Shown one piece after another: positions 57,954-64,000 of a stretch of DNA of 64,000 nucleotides. The position numbers and the translations under genes were made by a program. How positions within the stretch are numbered: the stretch's first letter is position 1; every line of letters begins with the position of its first letter. The notes below the pieces were generated by a model that searched no databases, had not been told where the DNA came from, and worked only from the letters and a program-made list of their open reading frames with translations. The stretch comes from Verrucomicrobiia bacterium (GTDB lineage Bacteria > Verrucomicrobiota > Verrucomicrobiia > Limisphaerales > UBA1319): contig OY760937.1 in NCBI GenBank assembly GCA_963664225.1, positions 5,376,001 to 5,440,000 on the forward strand, read 5' to 3'.

Positions 57954-58937
57954 ATGATGGGTGACGTGAATAGTTTGATCATCGGTCTTTTATGCGCAGT
58001 GTTTGTGACCCAATCGTTTGGGGAAACAAATCAAATTGAAGTTAAAGGCACGAAAGTGTCTGAAAGTGCGCCTGATTCCAACGATGGGGTGGAGAAGGAA
58101 TATCGGCAGTTGCTTGAGCGCGATGATGCGGCGCAAGAGGAGGCGGATCGATGGATCAAGGACAATCAGGCATTTCAGGCCAAGGGCGCCGGGATTGAAA
58201 ATGCGTTACTCACTTTGAAAATTGAACAGCGCTTCGAACCTGTGCAAAAGGCGTATGAAAACTTTTTGCAGCGGCATCCAAATCATGTACGATGTCGGCT
58301 GGCGTATGGCAGTTTTCTAAATGACATCGGCAAGGAAGCGGAGGCGGTGGTCCAGTGGGATAAGGCCCGCGAGATCGATCCTAAAAATCCGGCGGTCTGG
58401 AACAACCTGGCCAACCATTACGGCCACCGTGGCCCCGTCACCAATGCCTTTGCTTACTATGAAAAGGCCATCGAACTCAATTCGAAGGAGGCGGTCTATT
58501 ACCAAAACTTCGCAACCACCGTTTTCCTGTATCGCAAGGACGCGATGGAATTTTACAAGATCGATGAGCAGCAGGTGTTCGATAAGGCTTTAGAGTTGTA
58601 CCGCAAGGCGTTACAGATGGACCCTCAAAATTTTGTACTGGCGAACGATTTGGCTCAAAGTTATTATGGGGTTCGACCGGCACGGCCCCTGGACGCCATC
58701 GAGGCCTGGCGACAAGCCTTGAAACTGGCCAAGGATGATTTGCAGCGGGAAGGCGTTTATATCCACCTGGCCCGGCATGAAATCTCGTTGAATCAGTTTG
58801 TCGAAGCCCGGCAGCACATCGATTCGGTCACTAATCAGAACTATACGGATATCAAACAGCGCCTGCTCAAGAACCTGGAGACGCGCATGGCCAAGGCTGG
58901 AACAAACGCGGCACCTGCGACACTCAAAGCGCCGTAA
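57954..58937 (+). CDS. Exported TPR-repeat protein
   Basis: GGGAGGGG RBS before the ATG; signal-like N-terminus; A.E.DP.N...WNNLA TPR motifs. Confidence 0.8.
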   Translation: MMGDVNSLIIGLLCAVFVTQSFGETNQIEVKGTKVSESAPDSNDGVEKEYRQLLERDDAAQEEADRWIKDNQAFQAKGAGIENALLTLKIEQRFEPVQKAYENFLQRHPNHVRCRLAYGSFLNDIGKEAEAVVQWDKAREIDPKNPAVWNNLANHYGHRGPVTNAFAYYEKAIELNSKEAVYYQNFATTVFLYRKDAMEFYKIDEQQVFDKALELYRKALQMDPQNFVLANDLAQSYYGVRPARPLDAIEAWRQALKLAKDDLQREGVYIHLARHEISLNQFVEARQHIDSVTNQNYTDIKQRLLKNLETRMAKAGTNAAPATLKAP

Positions 58938-58946
58938 AACCGCTTC

Positions 58947-59330
58947 TTATTCAGTCGGAATGCGCGGTGGGACGTCTTTTTTATCGGATGAATAGACGCG
59001 CATGATGATGCCCAGGCTTGTGGCCAGCGCCCATGTCCATGAAAGCATGAAAATCCCCACACCGACACAGCCCACCCAGAGGCGAACCTGAAGGGCCTCC
59101 TCCAACTCGCGCGTTCTATAATATTCTGTGAAGAACCATGCGAACCATGCAAGAGTGATTCCCATACCCGCAAGCGACATTATGATCTGAAGAACGCCTC
59201 TGATTCTAAATCCCGCTGTGATCGTACCCAATCCCGGTAATACCAAAACGTTGCTGAGCAGGCAGGCCCAGGCCGCCGGCCGCTCAAGGTTCTTTGATGG
59301 TTCCGGGGTTGAAAATCTCTTCATATCCAT
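58947..59330 (-). CDS. Small membrane protein
   Basis: About 3 hydrophobic segments with LPGLG; overlaps the end of the upstream gene. Confidence 0.6.
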   Translation of the reverse strand: MDMKRFSTPEPSKNLERPAAWACLLSNVLVLPGLGTITAGFRIRGVLQIIMSLAGMGITLAWFAWFFTEYYRTRELEEALQVRLWVGCVGVGIFMLSWTWALATSLGIIMRVYSSDKKDVPPRIPTE

Positions 59331-60216
59331 ACATCAGGGCTGCGATGCAAATTGGGAACGTGGCCAGCATGCCGACTCCGCAGAGCAAGACCCCGGCAAT
59401 AGAAACGAGTCCGCTGAGGATGAGCAAGATGAAGACTTGACCCCAATGGCGGGAGACGGTTTTGCGACTTAATTCCATTGCGGACCAAAAGTCCAGGCCC
59501 TTGTCGATGATCAAGGGAATACTGAACAGCCAGCAAGTGGCCAGATAAACGGCGGGAATGATCCCGATCACGGCCAGCAAAATGCCAAAAGGCAGGAACA
59601 TGGGGCGATGGAGAATCATTATTGCCCCCACGGCGATGACAAAAAGAAAGGCGCTAAGAAAGGTCAGAACTCCGATCACGATCTGGCCGAGCATCAGAGG
59701 CAGAAATGCCTTGCTAAAACCATCGAAAAGGTCCGAGATTGTGGATTCCTGACCGCGAACGCGTTTAAGCATCAGCATATAAAGACCGCCGTAGAGCGGC
59801 CCGGAAATGGCCATGTTGATCAGCGCGCCCAAAAACGGTATCAAGCCGCATCCAAAACTGACGAGAAAGAGGAGCAGGGTGGCTCCAACGAACAGTCCCA
59901 CGTTGGCCTGGAAGAGTCTCCACCCGCGTCCGATGCACACCGGGGCGTCGATGGAGTAATCGTTATCCAATGGGGCGTTTGGGGTAAAGGTGCTCTCTGG
60001 AGTTGGCCCGGGGGGGACCAAGGGCGGAAAGGTGGGTGCGGGACCGCCAAAGTCAGTGGCGAATTCGGGAAGCTCGCCCAAGGGAAGCCATGCATCGGTT
60101 CCTTCGAATTTGGCAATGGTCTGAGCATTGGCGCGGCCCTCTTTGATCCATTGACGAATGAGATCCGCCGAAACCGGTCCATACTCCTTCTGATCCGCCC
60201 CAATGATCTTGTACAT
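59284..60216 (-). CDS. GYF_2 (DUF4339) domain membrane protein
   Basis: MYKIIGADQKEYGPVS...WI.EGR.....EG...W.PL..LPEF, Pro-rich linker, multi-TM C-terminal region. Confidence 0.85.
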   Translation of the reverse strand: MYKIIGADQKEYGPVSADLIRQWIKEGRANAQTIAKFEGTDAWLPLGELPEFATDFGGPAPTFPPLVPPGPTPESTFTPNAPLDNDYSIDAPVCIGRGWRLFQANVGLFVGATLLLFLVSFGCGLIPFLGALINMAISGPLYGGLYMLMLKRVRGQESTISDLFDGFSKAFLPLMLGQIVIGVLTFLSAFLFVIAVGAIMILHRPMFLPFGILLAVIGIIPAVYLATCWLFSIPLIIDKGLDFWSAMELSRKTVSRHWGQVFILLILSGLVSIAGVLLCGVGMLATFPICIAALMYGYEEIFNPGTIKEP

Positions 60217-60536
60217 AAGACCACTATGCGACAATTCAGGCCGTTTGAAAAGCCCTATGTAGGATATGCCAACAGGTTTGTTGTCCGACTTGGAAAACGG
60301 GGTGTTTTCGTGCATGAACCAGCCGCAACCAAGTCGAATGCCGTTCGCCATTAACCCGGATGAAAGGGCCGCGTGACAAAACTCCATTTCCATTCCAAAA
60401 TACTGGCGTAACCGTTCAGGATATGCTATATGTTAGGAGTGCCGTGCCTGGGAACACAATGCGATTTTGGATTGGGTGCCTGTTTGGGCTTTTCCATTGA
60501 ATTGCATGATTCCCCTCCCACCGTGTCTTCATTTTT

Positions 60537-61445
60537 ATGGACTCTTCAATAAACCCCTCAAAAGTTTCCGCTTCCTCGCCGGAAATTGAGATCCAATCCC
60601 CTTCAAACACCTTGTGGCGTTCTTTCCGAACTTACTTTGCCAGCGAAATCGCCTGGATGGGAGCCGCAAAGGCCGCGGTGGTTTGCTTGATGGTTGGAGC
60701 GTTGGTGCTGCTCTTTGGCAGTTCCTGCGGAACCGTCCAGCGAACCGTGATCGTCCCCGCTGAAATAGAAGGAGCCACGTATGCCGGCAACAAGGCGTGC
60801 ATGGAATGCCACACCAATATCTGCCGGGTTTTTCCCATGAACGCCCATGCGCGTGTTGACTCGGACAAAACCCAGATGCCCGGCCAGACTGGTTGCGAAT
60901 CCTGTCACGGTCCAGCCAGTAAACATATTGCCGTCGGCGGAGGGCGCGGCAAATTCATCATCAATCCGCGGAAGGATCCCGAAGCCTGTTTTCAGTGCCA
61001 TCTGGATGTCCAGGGCCAGTTTCACCTGCCTCAGCGTCATCCTGTGCTGGAGGGGCGGATGAACTGCGCGCAGTGCCACGATCCGCATGGAAAGGATGTA
61101 TTCAAGCCTTCCAATGGTCTCGCGATGGGGCGCCTTAATGAATCCTGCGCACAATGTCATCGGGACCAGACGCGTCCCTTTGTCTATGAGCATCCCGCAC
61201 TGCGTGAGGGTTGTGTGACCTGTCATTCGCCGCACGGATCGATAAACTCGAAAATGTTGGTCGAGCGGGATGTGAATTTATGCCTTAAGTGCCATGTGCA
61301 GATGGCGGGGGGCGGTGTGGGGCCGGGGCAGGTATATATTGGGAAGATTGAGCATTCGGCCTATGTCCGTCAGGGCACATGCTGGAGTGCGGGCTGTCAC
61401 ACAGCCGTTCACGGGTCCAACATGAGCCGCCTGCTTGTCTATTAA
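60537..61445 (+). CDS. Multiheme c-type cytochrome, MtrA/DmsE-like, 8 heme motifs, probable lipoprotein
   Basis: CMECH, CESCH, CFQCH, CAQCH, CAQCH, CVTCH, CLKCH and CWSAGCH; GPASKH, PFVYEHP and HGSN as in the MtrA family; LLFGSSC lipobox-like. Confidence 0.88.
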   Translation: MDSSINPSKVSASSPEIEIQSPSNTLWRSFRTYFASEIAWMGAAKAAVVCLMVGALVLLFGSSCGTVQRTVIVPAEIEGATYAGNKACMECHTNICRVFPMNAHARVDSDKTQMPGQTGCESCHGPASKHIAVGGGRGKFIINPRKDPEACFQCHLDVQGQFHLPQRHPVLEGRMNCAQCHDPHGKDVFKPSNGLAMGRLNESCAQCHRDQTRPFVYEHPALREGCVTCHSPHGSINSKMLVERDVNLCLKCHVQMAGGGVGPGQVYIGKIEHSAYVRQGTCWSAGCHTAVHGSNMSRLLVY

Positions 61446-61454
61446 GGAGCCACC

Positions 61455-63908
61455 ATGAAATCATACTGGATAAACCATCCTTTGGCGCGGATTGCCCTCG
61501 TGGAACTGGCTCTGGCAACAACTGGATTCGCGGCCGACACGCCCGCAGTGGATGTTTCAAAGCTCCCTCCGGCAGCGACACGCAAGGTCGATTATGAAAA
61601 GGACATTAAACCGATCCTGGAGACCGCTTGTTTCCTGTGCCATGGCCCTGAAAGTCCCAAGAGTCGCTTCAATCTGACCACGCAGGAAACAGCCTTGAAG
61701 GGTGGACGGCGCGGGGTGGATATTGTGCCAAAACAAAGCGCGCAAAGCCCCCTCGTCCACTATATATCCGGCGTCATTGAGGATTTGCACATGCCCCCGG
61801 GCAATGCCAAAGCCCTGACGCCTGGCGAGATCGGGCTCCTGCGTGCGTGGATCGATCAGGGACCAGAGTGGTCAAAAGCAGAACCCCCGGGACCGCCCAT
61901 GACATTTTCGGCCTCTCCACAGCTCCGGTGGATTGCTGTCAGCGGTGACGAGGCGAAGTTTCGGGAGCATTACTGGGTCAATGACGGCTGGGGCGGCGGG
62001 CTCAGGGAATTTGAACTGGTCGGGAAGAAATCCCCACACGACACCGTCCGGGTCGAGGGCCGCATCCTGCCTGCGGAACACGATTACAAAACCTCCGTAT
62101 CGTATGCCCGCCAGGACCTGGGTTATGCGCGATTTGACTGGGAGCAGTATCGCAAATATTACGATGATTCGGGCGATTATTATCCGGGCCTGCACATCAT
62201 TCCCTACCGGCTGGACCAGGATCTCCATCTCGACATGGGTAAGGCAAAGTTTGAACTCGGATTAAACAAGCCCGACTGGCCCAGGATTAAACTGGGTTAC
62301 GATTATCAATATAAAGAAGGGAACAAAACAAGCCTGGCCTGGGGATCTGTTGGCGCGCGGCCTCCCGAATACAATGCCCTCGATAGTCGCAAAATCTATC
62401 CCTCCTTTAAGTACGTGGACGAACACGCCCACTTGATTCATTTGGATATCGATCATGATTCCCCTGTCGTCCGCCTCACGGACAATTTTCAGGCCGAATT
62501 TTACACACAGGATGACCAGCTTCACGAGGTCACCTATGCCAGCGCGGTTTCCGGGAATGCGGAACGGTTTGCCGTCGTCAAGGAACGCTATGAGCATTTC
62601 CAGGCGGCCAATGCCTTTCGACTCGAAAAACAGGTCAACTCCTGGCTGTATCTCTCCGCGGGTTATCTCTTCAGCACATTGGACGGGGATAGCATGTTCA
62701 ACGCATCGACATTGCTCTCACCGGTCTCCACGGCAGGCTATTCAGGCGATGACAAATTCTGGCTGAGCCACCAGATCCTGGTCGATCAGCAAACCCACAC
62801 TTTCAATGTCAACACACTCCTTGGTCCCTGGGACGGACTGAATATTTCAGCGGGCATTCAAAACGAATGGATGTCGCAGCATGGATTTGGCGATGTCAGC
62901 CTTAACGAGGGTGATCCAACTAATCCATTGACCTTTATTGAGCAACCTGCAATACTGCGTTCTGACATGGACCGTGTCACCACCGACGAACAGGTCGGCA
63001 TGCGTTACACTAAAATTCCATACACGGTAATCTATGCGGAAGGCCGCTTCCAGCAGGAGGCCATGGGACAGGCGGATGAAATGCATGAAACGCCCTCTTT
63101 GCTGGGACATGACTTCCTCCAAAACACTGATGTGTCCGGGGACTTGAAGGAATACCGGACGGGCTTCGATCTTTCGCCCTGGCGGAAGATCAGCCTCAAC
63201 GCCAGTATTCGTCACCGCGATAAACAGACGGATTACGACCATTTGACGCGCCTGCAGCGCACAGATGCCGGGGCATTTCCCTATGATGGATATCCGGCGT
63301 TTATCAAATCGCGTAATGTTAATACAGACGAATTTCAAACCAAGCTCGCGTACCGGCCTTTCCCCTGGTGGAAGGCGACCCTGACATATCAATTGGTCTC
63401 CACGGATTACAGGACAGAAACGGCCAGTGTATCCGGCGATATAACACCCGGCGGCCCGGCGACCGCCGCAACTTTTGATTCCGGCATCTATTCCATCAAC
63501 AACACGTTCACGCCGTGGCGGCGTCTGAGTATTTCGGGAACCTTTTCCTACCGGGACGGACGCACGAAGACCGCGTACAACGGAATTGCCGGCGTAGTTC
63601 CTTACGAGGGGGACGTTTTCAGTGTGATCGCGAGCTCCACTTATGTCCTCACCGAAAAAACAGATTTGGACGCCAGCTATTCCTTTTCCCGCGCCGATTA
63701 CCGTCAGAATAACGCCGCAAGTGGATTGCCTCTGGGCATCAATTATGACTGGCACAGCGTGATGGCGGGAGTGCGTCGTGAGATCAGCAAGAACATGACT
63801 GCGCGCCTGCAATACGGTTTCTTTCGATATGCAGAACCGACAAGTGGTAACGCGGCCAATTACGATGCTCACGCGATCTTTGCGACATTGCTCGTGCGTT
63901 TGCCGTGA
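61455..63908 (+). CDS. Outer-membrane beta-barrel (MtrB/PioB-like) fused to an N-terminal Planctomycete-type monoheme cytochrome c
   Basis: AAGGAG RBS; signal peptide; VDYEKDIKPILETACFLCHG...LKGG..G..IVP.....SPL......MPP...L...EI..LRAWIDQG; then about 670 aa of alternating aromatic beta-strands. Confidence 0.78.
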   Translation: MKSYWINHPLARIALVELALATTGFAADTPAVDVSKLPPAATRKVDYEKDIKPILETACFLCHGPESPKSRFNLTTQETALKGGRRGVDIVPKQSAQSPLVHYISGVIEDLHMPPGNAKALTPGEIGLLRAWIDQGPEWSKAEPPGPPMTFSASPQLRWIAVSGDEAKFREHYWVNDGWGGGLREFELVGKKSPHDTVRVEGRILPAEHDYKTSVSYARQDLGYARFDWEQYRKYYDDSGDYYPGLHIIPYRLDQDLHLDMGKAKFELGLNKPDWPRIKLGYDYQYKEGNKTSLAWGSVGARPPEYNALDSRKIYPSFKYVDEHAHLIHLDIDHDSPVVRLTDNFQAEFYTQDDQLHEVTYASAVSGNAERFAVVKERYEHFQAANAFRLEKQVNSWLYLSAGYLFSTLDGDSMFNASTLLSPVSTAGYSGDDKFWLSHQILVDQQTHTFNVNTLLGPWDGLNISAGIQNEWMSQHGFGDVSLNEGDPTNPLTFIEQPAILRSDMDRVTTDEQVGMRYTKIPYTVIYAEGRFQQEAMGQADEMHETPSLLGHDFLQNTDVSGDLKEYRTGFDLSPWRKISLNASIRHRDKQTDYDHLTRLQRTDAGAFPYDGYPAFIKSRNVNTDEFQTKLAYRPFPWWKATLTYQLVSTDYRTETASVSGDITPGGPATAATFDSGIYSINNTFTPWRRLSISGTFSYRDGRTKTAYNGIAGVVPYEGDVFSVIASSTYVLTEKTDLDASYSFSRADYRQNNAASGLPLGINYDWHSVMAGVRREISKNMTARLQYGFFRYAEPTSGNAANYDAHAIFATLLVRLP

Positions 63909-63930
63909 AACGCTTTTGCACAACCCGTTT

Positions 63931-63964
63931 GACCCTTCGGACGGGAAGGTCTGTTTTATTCTTT
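63931..63964 (+). terminator. Possible intrinsic terminator
   Basis: GACC(C)TTC-ggacgg-GAAGGTC imperfect stem followed by a T-rich tract. Confidence 0.35.
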
Positions 63965-64000
63965 TGTGATGCTCAGTTTATCCATCATCTCGTAAAGCGT

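Overview
This is a bacterial chromosomal window. The gene repertoire (Planctomycete-type cytochrome c domain, PQQ/FG-GAP/FGE-domain exported proteins, GYF_2 protein, EpsI, many CAZymes) points to Verrucomicrobiota; this assignment is inference. Housekeeping genes are tRNA-Pro(GGG), sucCD, yggT-like, hemW, mnmD-like, ppdK, ispH, a nucleotide-sugar dehydrogenase and uvrA, interspersed with many exported carbohydrate-active and surface proteins. Main observations: (1) a ~14.8-kb island at tRNA-Pro bounded by a perfect 59-bp direct repeat, with no integrase, carrying one operon that couples AlgI/AlgJ-type O-acylation genes to glycoside hydrolases; (2) signs of a second, decayed element behind it; (3) a porin-cytochrome pair made of an 8-heme MtrA/DmsE-like lipoprotein and an outer-membrane barrel fused to a monoheme Planctomycete cytochrome c domain; (4) a shared ~70-aa C-terminal domain on five exported proteins of three unrelated types, plus an orphan relic, which is a candidate sorting signal; (5) strong Thr-Asn dipeptide enrichment in several exported proteins; (6) a palindromic operator linking a small winged-helix regulator to ispH. 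No CRISPR array, rRNA, transposase or integrase was seen. All family calls come from recognising motifs by eye, not from database searches. Several start codons were moved downstream of the ORF-track start.
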